Source of the DNA: Dicyema japonicum | Lineage: Eukaryota; Animalia; Dicyemida | Assembly (NCBI GenBank): GCA_011109175.1 | Contig: RDEW01000033.1 | Span: forward strand, 558,001 to 622,000 | DNA length: 64,000 bases | Direction: 5' to 3' | Shown: in pieces, positions 38,837-50,838 of the stretch | How the letters are laid out: the number at the start of each line of letters is the position of its first letter | How positions within the stretch are numbered: the stretch's first letter is position 1 | Translations under genes and position numbers: made by a program | The notes under the pieces: model-generated | The model's input: only the letters and a program-made list of their open reading frames with translations | What the model was told of the DNA's origin: nothing | The model's database searches: none

Positions 38837-40518
38837 CTATCCTTTGATAACTGCAATAGGACGCAATTTTATACACTTTTTGCTAATATTAGCCAGGTGA
38901 CATGTGTCCACTACTTCAGAAACGTCTTTGTATGACTGGAGCCTCTTCCATTATCAGCTTGGGAGAGGCCACTCTGATTGAGATTCCCTTCTGTCTCATT
39001 ACTTCCAGCACATCTTCAAAAGCAAGAGATCGTCTAGCCTTCGCTCGGAAAGAGCCCTTCCAGCTCCGTGACACGTCGTTCCAAACGTCTCAGAAAAACC
39101 CACGTCAGTCCCAGTCAGCACATAACTGCACGTGCCCATCGTCCCGCCAATTAAAATGGGCTGGCCAGTCAGCTAAAAATATAAATTCTAGCAAACTTGA
39201 TAATCAACAGGGATCAAGGGATGATGAGGTGGAAAAGCCCGGGTTGATCCCTTCCGATGTACAAGAAGCTGCATGCGTCTCCCGTCAACCACATGTTCCT
39301 CCATTTTAGCGATGTTATGGGAGACGTCATATACCACGTGCATGTCCAAGTCGTCCGGGGAAGTATCAAACTGTTTATAGAAGGCCTTAAAATTACAGAA
39401 GACAAAACCTGCCGCGTAAGAAAGGTCATCGAGGACCGGTTTACCCAGGCATAGTTAGCCGCTGCTGCCATCGACTTTAAATAATTCTGACCTTCTTCTG
39501 AACTGATCCTTGCACATGCCAGTTGCCGGTCATTCACATCAATCTGGTCTCTTCTCATAGACTTGTCCATTTCGACCAGAGCGTTTTTGGATAAAAAGAA
39601 CTAACCCGTGGCCACTTGGTGACCCAGTTCTCGACTTCCACTGTGGATCACCACACAAACTTGGCCTACTCTGTCTATCCCCATCTTGGAGGAGGCAAAT
39701 TTGTCGTAAATTTAATTCACTACTTGGATCTCTATATAGTGATTTCCGGCACTCTATTTACATAGCTGAAGAGGATCTCTTTTCTTGGCCTTGAAACTGA
39801 CCTTTGAAGGGTCCGCCTGTAGCACGCAACCATACTCCTCACAATGTTCCTTATCCTCAGCCCATGAGTATCCTTGGGTATCTATAAAGCACCAAACCTT
39901 GTCTGACGCTCCAATCCATGCCCATCAACAGAGACTCCTCCAAATCCCTGAATTATAAGGTTAACAACTTTTCTGTCATTGACACAACACCATGTGACCC
40001 AATTCCGTCAGGAATGTGGTCAAAAAGTTAATGAGAGAGTTGTTCCTTTACAGGTTCGACGACCTTCTCGCTCAAATTAGTCCTAATTAGCTGATTTCCA
40101 CAGTTTATATCGAATCCAACTCCACCGGGGGAGACCACAGCCTTGGAATCTGTCATATCAAAAGCTGCTGTGTTTCCTATAGCGAATCCATACCCCAAAT
40201 GGACGTCTGGCAGCCCAATGGAGTTCTGGAATTATTATTGAACTGGTACCCCGACTATGCCAGGGAGAGAGGCAACGTTGGCAATTTGTTTGATTGAAGG
40301 AAGAAATCCACCACTTCCCTCATACTCAGAGTAATGGTGTAATTCGTCGAACACAAGTTTTTCAAGGGATTTGTTGACGTATAATAGCCCTTCCACCTAT
40401 GTAAGTGAATAATGGTTTATACATTCATATGAGGCTGCATTCCCTTCAATATTCTCCATGAATATGCATTTTTCCTCTTTAAGAACTGTAACTCTTCCTG
40501 ATATGTCCGAACAACCAT
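38837..40518 (-). CDS. RTCB: tRNA-splicing ligase RtcB
   Basis: '[10 protein letters not shown]', '[31 protein letters not shown]', '[41 protein letters not shown]', '[10 protein letters not shown]'; 24-nt intron 39173-39196. Confidence 0.96.
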
Positions 40519-40813
40519 GAAACTGGTTCAATTTTAGCGATTTTAAATGCCGAATTTATTTTTTTTAAAAAGAAGGAAAAATTATAAATAGTTAAACTTA
40601 TAAATTTTAAATATTGCGTTCATCAAAGAGGATCCAACAATTCTTCTCCGGGGACAACGTCGTTACCTGGTGACAAGTTCTGGAATGCTGGAACGAGTCA
40701 GGATCGAGGAGTTAGTAGGTTTAGTTACCCTTGGTCTTTAGAAATAATTTTTATTTTTTTATATAATAAAATAATTTTTTAACAAAGAAACAAATGTCAG
40801 TTGAGGAAGCAGT

Positions 40814-41931
40814 TTAGTGGATTGCGAACGAGTTCCCTTGGAGTATGGCTATTCCAATCTTTTGTCTCAGCCATAACTTCTCGTTGATCCCTTTTTTTCT
40901 GGCAAGCATTCCTCCGAGTTCTCGCAAGAACTCAGCCGTCATTGGACCAACGGCTCCCGATGATTCGGTCGCAACAGGAGTAAATCGGTAGCGATCCCCG
41001 AGGCAAGAATTTTTCTTGATTTTTAGGTTTTCCGCAGTCGAAGCAGTGCTCCAGGTGTCTGAACCGATTTGAAAATATTCGTGCTTGAGAACGTCTACAC
41101 AAGTTGCGTCCCAGACCAAAGATCTTCCAGACGTGAAGGGGAAAAGAGTCATCCCGTCAGGTCTCTTTCCATCTCCTCGATCAAGACCACTGGTTCAAGC
41201 TGTGCTGGGAAGCCTGTAACCTTCAGAGCTCTGACGATTACATAGTTCAGAGCAGCATGACGTGGTCCTCTTCCGGCGCTTCTTCTGCAGGACAGCGGGT
41301 GCAATCACTTCGCATCGACTGTTTATCCGCATCGGCATCGGTGCTCCTGGCAAACGTCTAGTTTTAGCCTTTGTCCGATTCCAATCCTCAAAGAATCGTC
41401 GTCCTATAAGGTCCCGAGGTTTAGGAAAGGTATTGCACCGAGCCATGCTCCACTCCCTCCACTTTAGTTGACACCAAACAAGCCAGACGATGTTGATTTG
41501 CTTCTTTTTTAAGGTCTTCCAAAATTTTGGAGCAGACAATGTTATCCCGATTACTTTGCTTCGTTGTGTCTTTGGGGATTTTGAGTCCGGACCCGTTCCA
41601 AACTTCGTCAAATAACTCATTCCAGCGAAGTCCAATAGTGTTATGAAGGACTTGCCGTGTCAAATGGCTGCAGCTTGAGAAAGACGATAGATATGCCGGG
41701 TATGCAACCTCCAGTGCCGATCTAAGACCGACACCCTAAAATCCAGAGGGAAGCTTACATTGCTTCCAATCAAGTTCGTCGAAGCGGACGTTAACTAGTG
41801 ACTCAACAGTTTGTTTGAGAGATTTGTATATCGAAAGTAGACTGTCATATTGTTCGTAGGAGAGTGAACATCTGAGTAGATATAAAAGCTTGGTAGTCGA
41901 CTCTCACACATCTTTCTCATCAGGAAGAAAG
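40814..41931 (-). mobile_element. CRE-like REL non-LTR retrotransposon, 5'-truncated, degenerate
   Basis: 'KLLYLLRCS', 'WKQCKLP..GVGLRSA..AYPAYLSS', 'RPDGMTLFPFTSGRSLVWDATCVD', 'IGIAILQGNS'. Confidence 0.85.
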
Positions 41932-41983
41932 ATTGGACTTCGCTGGAATGAGTTATTTGTGTAATTAGCCTATCAAATTTCAG

Positions 41984-42367
41984 TCAAATCGTGAATTGTC
42001 TAGACATTTCATGACCGGATGGGCTAACTATCTTTCCGTTCACTGAGGGAAAATCGCTTGTATGGGACTGCACTGTTGTGGATTCTTTCTCGAACTCGTT
42101 GTTACTCAGCTCGGCGAAGTCTGCTGGATCGGCAGACGATCTGGCCGATAAAATCAAGATTAAAAAATATGGCGAAATTGGAGACCGCGTTCGTTTTGTA
42201 CCGGTGGTGCGGGAAGTACCACAGCCTCTTTCTTGAAGGAAATCGGGGGGAAATTGACCATCCGTAAAAAAGACATGCGGGAAGTGGTCTGACTGAGGCC
42301 ACGAATTTGGATTGTAGTTGTCCGCGGAAACGCTTACTCCGTAATGGCAGCAGCCGCTTTTCCCCAT
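41984..42367 (-). CDS. Uncharacterised ORF/gene beginning MGKSGCC
   Basis: GC-rich 127-aa open frame starting just after an AT-rich promoter-like tract; no family recognised. Confidence 0.35.
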   Translation of the reverse strand: MGKSGCCHYGVSVSADNYNPNSWPQSDHFPHVFFTDGQFPPDFLQERGCGTSRTTGTKRTRSPISPYFLILILSARSSADPADFAELSNNEFEKESTTVQSHTSDFPSVNGKIVSPSGHEMSRQFTI

Positions 42368-42593
42368 AGTTAATAAATAATATTTTATTGTTAAATAAAA
42401 CGTGTTAATAAAAAAAATTCATGAATTGACTGCAACATATATATTTTGCAGAGAAAATCGTTAATTATTTCCAACTCAACTATTTGTTAGGTTTTTAGTT
42501 ACTTCATGTAGAAAATACATACACAAAATTATTTATAATCAAATTGGAGTTTGTCATAATTTTTTATTTTTTTAAATAAAATAAACAAAAAGG

Positions 42594-42880
42594 TTATACA
42601 GCATCTGCACTGACTGCGTGGCTATTCCCTCTCAGGATGGCGAGTGAGATTCGCTCAAATAACCAGCAGCGTCACGGGGATCTCTTGTTCGTGCAGAAAT
42701 CCGATTCCCAAGACGACTCATGAATTCCAGCGTCGCAGGTGCAAAAGGACCAGACGTTTAATCGCAAGCGGAGCGAACAAAAAAATCATCGAGTAGAACC
42801 TCACTTGTGTCGTCGTGGAGCTATGGTTGACCGGAAAAAAATTCATCTTCTTTCCTGCAGAAAGAACGCTGAGAGATTTT
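42594..42880 (-). mobile_element. CRE-like REL retrotransposon 3' fragment
   Basis: 'TSGPFAPATLEFMSRLGNRISARTRDPRD..WLFERISLAILRGNSHAV'. Confidence 0.8.
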
Positions 42881-42889
42881 CCAAACAAC

Positions 42890-43600
42890 CGCCTTCAACT
42901 GGATTATTAAATATGGCCTGGAGTAACTTGTTTTTTCTTAGATGTCTGTGGAAACTGAATTTCCATAACCAGAGAACATATAGATGGGGTACCTCTTCTC
43001 TTTTTTTAAATTTAAATTTTAAATATTTACAGCTCCATCCTGAATATGATAGTTCAAGGATTCATCCTCAAGGCAGCAATCAAAGAATTAACGTTCTACG
43101 GGCAATTCTATTTTCCTCAAAAGCCGACAACCAAAATCAGCAGGTACACCATTGTTGGATTGACCACGACTTAGACATATTCATATGGGAATATGGTAAC
43201 TCATTCTATAGGCATTCGTGTCAAAATTCAATATCGAATATTATGTCCGACATTAGGAGGCTTACATATTTTCAAAAACGGCGACAGTTACCCAAGTCCG
43301 CTGATTTTTGGTAAGAGATATGAAGAAGGAATGCAAGTGTACATAGCATTAACGTCGAAAAAATAATGACGGATATTGAAAGTGTGTCTGTTGAAGTTTC
43401 CAAGAGTTTGAGCGAACGATTGAATATTTACTGAATTGGAAGGCCCAGGATGAGGTTTATAGTAAAGAAGTTTCACATGTCTAGAAGATTTAATTTTACT
43501 GAGATGCTCGGGATTGTTAATGAGGATTATGTACCAGGGAAGTGATTTTTACTGGAATAGCCTCCCAAAAAGTGATACGACACTTTCACTAATGATCTGT
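42890..43600 (-). mobile_element. Penelope-like retroelement RT remnant
   Basis: 'FFDVNAMYTCIP' (PLE RT motif, cf. SFDVxSLYTNIP) and 'VSTDI*EKTSYSRPYL'; second fragment at 47110-47330. Confidence 0.6.
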
Positions 43601-44289
43601 TTGTGTCATCATTCTCGACAAATCACCTATTGATGATTTAAAACCTATCTCGACTAATGAAGATGTTGTCAGGATGGTGTGAATTATAACTCAGAGCTGT
43701 TGGATTTGAAAAAAACCTAAGTCAGCTACTAACTCTATGTCGTTATTGAATAGCTTGCCGGACATGTGATTGAACGTACCTGGACGTGTTGGAAGGTCCA
43801 CCTGGAGAATTCGAAAATATGAATGTTAAAATATCATAAGTAAGCCAAGGAATCGAAAGATTGATGAATACAAAACCGTTAATTTAAGGTTATTAATGAC
43901 CACGTGACGTCTCTATAATTATTGGAATTATTATGAAATAATCGATACACCCATACGTAGTTTATTGATTAAATGTGCATCTCAAACCTGCATGCCAGCA
44001 GATATTATTTTTACCTAACAACTACCTTGGAAGAGGGTTGCGTTCAATCACTTCTTTGAGAGGATGCTGTTTGGTTTTTGTAGTCAAAACTCATGAGTGC
44101 TGTGTGTAGAAGTGGCCCAATTTTTAGGGAAAACAAATCTGGTTATTATTGAAGAATTTGTTCGGCATAAGTATTCTGTGTGATACTCCGGCCTTTGGTA
44201 TGAGATTATTGTACAGACAGAAACTTGATGAATCAGACTGAAGTAGAGTTTGAATTCCGTCATATACAAGATCTTATCGGAAGATTATG

Positions 44290-44560
44290 TTTGCACAAAT
44301 AGTTCTCATTGACTTTTAAGAGGAAATAATTCTCCAAGGTCGGAGGCTTTGCTCTGTTTGATTCAGGACTTGTTTTCGGGGAACAAAATATGTGCGATCT
44401 TTGTAGTAAGTGGAAGAAGACTGTGGATCACTGCCCAAGATGCGAAAAGATGCTGCATGAAGATTATGTAAGAAGACACAATGATGCCTCTATTTCCATT
44501 TTTGTAAGGAATTTAGTCTGAAGAACGAGAGGAAATTGAAGACTCATTCAATACATTCTG
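44290..44560 (+). mobile_element. R4-like REL element fragment (same group as 1-1446)
   Basis: 'GNNSPRSEALLCLIQD' matches 'WGNNSPRSEAMYCIIQD' at 881-930. Confidence 0.7.
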
Positions 44561-44923
44561 TTGCTATGAATTAGTGGAGATAAGGGACACATATCAAAAC
44601 AGACACAGTTGTTGGAAGGGATCTTCCTACCTTCTCCCTGACTAAATCCACTGTTGAATATTACCATTATGAAAACTTTTCCGCCTAAGAACTAAGTGAT
44701 GTCCGCGATGGTGCGATATGTGATGAAAATGAATGAGGGTGCACCTACTTCTCCTATTTGAGAATGGATTTGTCGACACAAACAGGACATTCTCTCTTTG
44801 GTTTTTGAAATACCTAGCGAACTTTTTCTGAAATGAACTATGAGAATTCCATTCGCAAACAAAATTTAGTGACCCCTAAGCCACGTGGATATTCAGGAGA
44901 ATCATTCTAACATCGGTATAGAG

Positions 44924-45776
44924 CAGAGGTTGTCAAACGGTGTGCCGTGGCACACTAAGTGTGCCGCAAGACAATCTCTAGTGTGCCCCCTGCCAAACAC
45001 AAATTTGAATAATTTTATATACATTTTTGACCTAATTAATTTAAAAAGATAAACGAATTAAAATAATTACTAAAATTAAAATAATTATTTTTTATTATAC
45101 ATTAAATGACATTTACATTGGTTAACCATTATTTATTAATTTTTTAATAACGTGCGCATCAACGTGCTTATGGGTAAATCAGTTCGTCTTTCTTATAAAG
45201 ATTCTTATTTGTCATTTGGATTTATATGCAAAGATAAAAATAAACTACCTCAATGTCTAATTTGCATGGAAGTTTTGGCAAGTGATGCTATGGTTCCTAG
45301 CAAACTAAAGAGACATTTTACTTCCAAGCATCCGGACTATTCCGAAAAATCTGTGGATTATTTTACCCATTTGAAAAAAACAACTTAAGTATTATTTAGT
45401 TTTTACTATGAATCGTAGATCTGATGTTCAGTGAAACTTTTTTAAACACAAAGAATCATTGAAATGTTCATACCTGATCTCAGAAGTGATAGCAAAACAA
45501 CTAAAACCTCACATTATTGGCGAAAACTAGATAATCCCTGCTTGTCGTATTATTGCTCGGACTATGTTTAGTCATAAATATGAACAAAAAATAATGAAGA
45601 TAAACAATAATAATTAAGAATTCATTTTTATTAATAAAAATTTGGGCATTAAATTACCAATTTTTGTACTTAGTTTTACACATCTTAAAAATTTAATTTT
45701 TTTATATTTTAATGTGTGCCGTGGATTATTTTTTTACGATTAGTGTGCCGCGAGAATTATTTTTTGAAAAGCTCTG
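44924..45776 (+). mobile_element. Internally deleted hAT (Buster/Charlie, ZBED-type), 853 bp
   Basis: TIR CAGAGGTTGTCAAA / TTTGAAAAGCTCTG; perfect 8-bp TSD GTATAGAG (44916-44923, 45777-45784); BED finger 'PQCLICMEVLASDAMVPSKLKRHFTSKHP'. Confidence 0.92.
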
Positions 45777-45989
45777 GTATAGAGTCTTTCAATATCATAA
45801 ATATTAGCGGTTACGTGCATTCAAAAAATATAATAAAACACAAGAATTAACAGTAAATCACATACTATCATTAATAATAGTTAGTGGTTTTACTGATAGT
45901 TAATTTGATAATGAACAAGCTTTATTTTTACTAAATCAGAATATCGGTAAGACTATTGAGGGGTTCAATCATCGACCAATTTTACTGCA

Positions 45990-46330
45990 GGTATGGTCTT
46001 GATAACTCTATGCAACCTTCTTTATCGTGGTGAATGATTGTTTCCACCATTCTGTGGGCAATATTTCTTCCAATAATCGGATGTAGACTTTGGCGACCTT
46101 GTATCTTACCGTGTGATCCGTCTAGGCCACGTGACCGTTATAGGACCATTAGTCAAATGGTAATCCTTTTGGCCTTGCCTGCAGACCATGTAGTCCATTT
46201 GGTTGTACATTTTGGTCAGGGTCCCATGCTGGTCTCTACTCGTCCCTGTAGCGATGTGTCAACCACCTTGGAATCGCCATCTTCCGCGGCAATGATGCCT
46301 AATTTGTTACAGTGTTTAATGTTGAGTTTA
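45990..46330 (-). mobile_element. Decayed APE endonuclease remnant (RTE-like)
   Basis: 'MYNQMDYMVCRQ...TDH' homologous to 17720-17830. Confidence 0.55.
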
Positions 46331-46439
46331 AAAAATCTTCATGTCTCAGAACCAAGATGACCAGCTTATTTCACTCCCGTTTCGAGACTATATTTCTATT
46401 CATTTTATTTGAGAGTACATTGGTGGTAATGAAACATAA

Positions 46440-46913
46440 TTAATAATCAAAAATAGTTCCGAAATCATATCCATATTTTTTACTCAAAGTCGAAGGAGTT
46501 TCTGAGTAAATACTTTTGACTTTCATGTCAGCCCCGACACTTTTGAGGTATATTATTGATGTTAAACTACCATTTTCAACTGCCAGGTGAATTGGAGTTA
46601 ATAATTCGTTATTTTTTATATTAATGTTAGCATTGTGATGCAAAAGGAGTCTGATAATCTCCACGTTGTCTAGCACTGTATATATAGCTTAAACCAAAAT
46701 AGCAGCCCAGTGGAGAGGAGCAAGTCCTCCGCAGTCGTTGTCTTTGAAATTAGGGTCACAGTCAGTATTTCTTAATAGGAATTCAACTTTGGATCTGTTC
46801 TGTGAATAAACTGCGTGATGGAGATCAAATAAATAATTTCTGTCTGCTTTGACTAAGTGTAGTTCTATGGAATGATGATTCAGTGCACCTTTCTGTTGCT
46901 TTGTTTTCTTCAT
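46440..46913 (-). CDS. Small ankyrin-repeat protein
   Basis: 'LHHAVYSQNRSKVEFLL', 'APLHWAAIL-DNVEIIRLLLHHNANINIKNNELLTPIHLAVENG'; the two ORFs join through a ~25-nt intron only if one G is added at the donor. Confidence 0.8.
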
Positions 46914-47109
46914 TCACGAATTTGTCCTCAACTTAATTGTTATCGTGCTTTTGTTTACTTAAATTTAATTTGGCCACAATCAATATTACGTTCAATATCA
47001 CAAATCTTTAAATTGTGATGCCCTTCCCAATTGCTTTTGTTCAAACCACGAAAACGTCAGAATTTTGTTTGATCAAATTCAATCAATATATTTATTTACC
47101 TCCAGTTTT

Positions 47110-47330
47110 TTAAGTGAGGGAACTCTGTGGTTGGCAGGAACGTAGCATTCGAATACGGAGTTCCAGAGATCAGTCGAATTAATCTGACGTGAAGGGAAAT
47201 TTTCTGCATACCAGGAGAAAAAGAGGTGTCCTATCTATATTCTCTGGTTATGGAAATTCCGTTTCCACCGACATTTGAGAAAAAACATACTACTCAGGCC
47301 ACGTTTGATAATCTAGTTCAGTGTTTCTCA
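47110..47330 (+). mobile_element. Penelope-like fragment
   Basis: Homologous to the reverse complement of 42900-43000 ('GNSVSTDI*EK'). Confidence 0.55.
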
Positions 47331-47358
47331 ACGAGAGGCGATTTTTTTCTTTCAGGAA

Positions 47359-47915
47359 ATTATTATTATTATTTAAGCCAAAGAAACACCGTCTTAACCA
47401 ATAACTAATATTCAGGTGATCCCGGCATCTCTCAATAATCGGGCCATTTTTTCTCGATGCTCCGACTGTGATCCACGCATTTTCTATACGGACGGGGTCT
47501 TTTTCCTTTTCTCTTCTGAAATTGCCTCCAGTTGCCTCTATGATAGACTCGAGTGCTCTGGGGCAATTTCTTTATCTGTATTTTTATAGTAACTATTTGC
47601 TCTTGACTGGATATCTTGAATTTTTGTTAAGTTCGTTGCCGACAGGTTAGATCCCCATGCAGCACATGCATAGCCTATTGTTGGCTCGACATACTGCTTG
47701 TAGAGGGTCCCGATACCTGGCGGATAAATTTTTCCACAGTTCCAAAGGAAGGCCTTTACAAAATTGATCTTCTTTGCACAGGTTGATATGATAGATTCCA
47801 CATGGGCTGAGAAGCAGAGGAAAGTATCAAAAGTTACTCCCAGTATCTTCTGCGTTTTCTTTTGTGGTATAGGTACTCCATTTAACGTGACATCAATTGT
47901 TTGCGTTCCCATCTT
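47359..47915 (-). mobile_element. LINE 3' fragment, diverged relative of family B
   Basis: 'QKILGVTFDTFL...YKQYVEPTIGYACAAWG'; C-terminus 'EHREKMARLLRDAGIT*'; (TAA)n tail. Confidence 0.85.
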
Positions 47916-48049
47916 TCTATTCTTAGTAAATGATTTTTTAATAAGTGATTTTTTTAATTATGAAATATTTATACTTAAATTTATTTTAAATAATTAAATA
48001 ATATAGCATTGACTTTTTGACAAAGGCGAAAAATTTTTTATAGGGCGAC

Positions 48050-48620
48050 AACGACAGTCAATGATGATCCGGATCCTACTTGCGAACACTGAAATACAAA
48101 TCTGGGTCGGTTCAAAGCGATCCCGTGAATTTGAGACACATATTGGCACTCTTCAAGGAGATTCTTTATCGCCACTACTATTTGTTATCCATCTGGAAGC
48201 TGACCTTGGGGAACTACGATCCAAAACTGAGCAGACTTCGATCACTTAAAAGAGAAACTCAATTGACATATGAGAAATGGAGAACAAAGTCGGTTCACTA
48301 CTCGGTGATTGGGAAGATGTTCAGCGAAGGAAAATGTTATCGATTCCTGCACTTAAAGACTAAAGTCCACGTGGATAAACTATTCACACGTCTCAACATC
48401 CATAAAGGTGCGTTTATACATTTATTCTGCCTATTTTGCTGTACAACACATGAACGTGGGGTTTGAATCAAACTTGTAATGAAAACCTTGCTTTTTACAG
48501 AAAACAACTGAAATCCCTATTGGACATAAGCTATCCGAAGGTGATCAGCAACCAGAACTTATACACTATCTGTAAATCTGCGACTGAAAAATGCTGATCA
48601 CTCACGACTTCCGAAAAATC
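48050..48620 (+). mobile_element. RTE-like RT remnant
   Basis: 'IGTLQGDSLSPLLFVIHLE'. Confidence 0.7.
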
Positions 48621-49552
48621 GCAATCTCAGGAGGAACGTGGAGGCGTCTGACTACAAAGATTATCCGGGTCCAGCACAAGCGACGTCAATGAATTAACTT
48701 TCTTGTTGCGAATGTGTGCAATAATAACACGTGGTTGACTGATAACTCATCTTTTTCATGTTCATAAACACCGAAATATCAGTTTGACATCTTTATCAAT
48801 ATATCCTTTCAAATTAAGGGGGTGTTGTATTTCTATCCCCCATGTTTATGATAGGCAAAATTAACAGCGAAACCTTTGACTTCTGATTTATTCAATAATT
48901 ACACGTAATTCTATTGATTTGAAAGGGATCCTTCTTAATTTCAGGATCATTACCCCCTCTTTCGTTATCTGGCAGAACAATCCTTTATTATGAAATTTAT
49001 TTACAATTGCACTCCATAATTGGTAGAATAATAGTTCACAAGATTTCCCTTATTTTCAAATAAGGAGATGGTGGAGTTGGCCCGTCAGACAAACGTAGTC
49101 ATAAGCCTCCGAGTAAGAGAAACCGAGTGATGACTACAGGATGGCCAATATCAGTAAACACATTAACTTGAGCTTCGTATCATCAGAGATTAATAGCAAT
49201 AGATTTTCCTGACTGATAGTCATAATGTTTACAATTTCCTAAGTCGTTTAGCAAGTAACGTCGGTAGTTGGGGAAGAAACGAGTGGCTTTCATCAAAGGA
49301 GTTATGTCCAAGATACTTCCAACAAGATCTAGAACATATAACCAGCCGATTAAAATGGAGTCAAAAAAATAAACACTTTTTTCAGATTTGAAATATGATA
49401 AAACGTATATTCCTCTTCAATTTTGAGTTACAAGTGACTCAACAGTCATTCTACACGAAAACTCTGGGACGTAAAATTTTACTCGGTGGCATATTCAATT
49501 TGCATCGAAAGATGTTTGTCTCCAGAACACTCTAATGTTTTTCCAAGGATAA

Positions 49553-49854
49553 TAATAATAAAGCCTTTTCACGAGAGCCATAGTATTTATAGCTCCGCAT
49601 AGGCAGGACATACACTGTATTTATGTTAAGAACAGTTAATTTTAACTAATCGTAGAACAAAGGAATGATCTTCACTTCTTTTTCTTGTGTGTGGATCCTT
49701 TCTAGACAATCCAGTTCCGAGTGAGTATCCACTGATGACGGCGTCACTCGTCAAACCCTTTCTGCATCGTAGATGCGTGGAACCTTCCACCAGGTGAACA
49801 GCAGCGAGATTTGAACCCATAGCCTAAGCCCGACACCTAACCACTATGCCACCT
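49553..49854 (-). mobile_element. Full-length tRNA-derived SINE (~302 bp) with RTE-LINE-derived 3' end
   Basis: Sense strand: A box TGGCATAGTGG, B box GGTTCAAATC, unique body, 3' ATGCGGAGCTATAAATACTATGGCTCTCGTGAAAAGGC + (TTA)n; 8-bp TSD AAGGATAA (49545-49552, 49855-49862). Confidence 0.9.
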
Positions 49855-50029
49855 AAGGATAAGTAAGAGTTAAAAAACTGGCAATTAATTAAAGTCATAA
49901 AAGACAATCACAGCACATTAACTTTTTATGCTCAAACCTCTTTAAAAATTGTATTTATAAAATTTTCAGAAAAATATGAACAAATAAAAATAATATTCAA
50001 AAAATTATATACCTTGAAGCTGCTTTACG

Positions 50030-50838
50030 GGAGTCAAAACCGATAATGGATGAAAAGACAAACATTATTGCGTATGCTGACGACGTAGACTTTATTTCAA
50101 ACGACAAAATACCGCTCACCCGCTTGATGGAAGAAGTGCCTAGAAGACTTGCCGAATGGTTCCTAACAGTAAATCCCGACAAGACTGAGGTAACTGAACT
50201 CAAGAGGGAAGAAACAAAGACGGAAAAGTACTGGCGCAAGTGCAAAAAGCTTGGCTCCCTCCTATGAGACCATGAAGAAATTACAAGAAGGAAAACCCTA
50301 GCACAAACTGCCCTCTCCAAGAACACCTGGCTCCACAAAAAAGGCCTTGACATTATAACAAAAACTCGATTATACAACTCGCTAGTGAAACCCATACTAC
50401 TGTATAACGCTGGTACCTGGGCCTGCTCAAGAAATGAAGAGGCTTAATGCGCTTGATAGAGACCAACTACGGCATATGATGTTCGAAAGAAGTGATACGA
50501 AAATGTCATCTATTCTTTTTTATAAGAGGACAAAGACCTCAGTAATTTCTAATGAGATTCTGGATACACGATGGAGGCTTTTCGGCCATATTCTGCGACT
50601 GGACCTAGATGCTTCCGCGAACGTAGTTATGGAGGATTACTTCATGTTGGAGGCTCCTCGTTTCCGTGGTCGCCCAAGGACGAGACTGCCAGTCGATCTC
50701 GACGAGGTCCTCAAAGAAATGTGACGGTTACTGCGGCTTTGAATAGGAGGAAGTGGATGAAACTAACCAGTGATTTGCTAACTCGTGTACACATGCTTTG
50801 TCAAGTCCTATGACATAGCGATAAGTGCTAATAATAAT
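50030..50838 (+). mobile_element. RTE-clade LINE 3' part, second subfamily
   Basis: 'IAYADDVDF', 'KKLGSLL', 'RWRLFGHILRL...RGRPRTRLP'; (TAA)n tail near 50829-50838. Confidence 0.85.

Noticed and set aside
49730-49760. Hammerhead-like CTGATGA followed by a stem
   Set aside because: No GAAA core after the stem (TCAAAC), and it is antisense to the SINE.
49800-49854. tRNA gene
   Set aside because: A and B boxes are present but the anticodon arm and acceptor stem are incomplete, and it is fused to a SINE body, tail and TSD.
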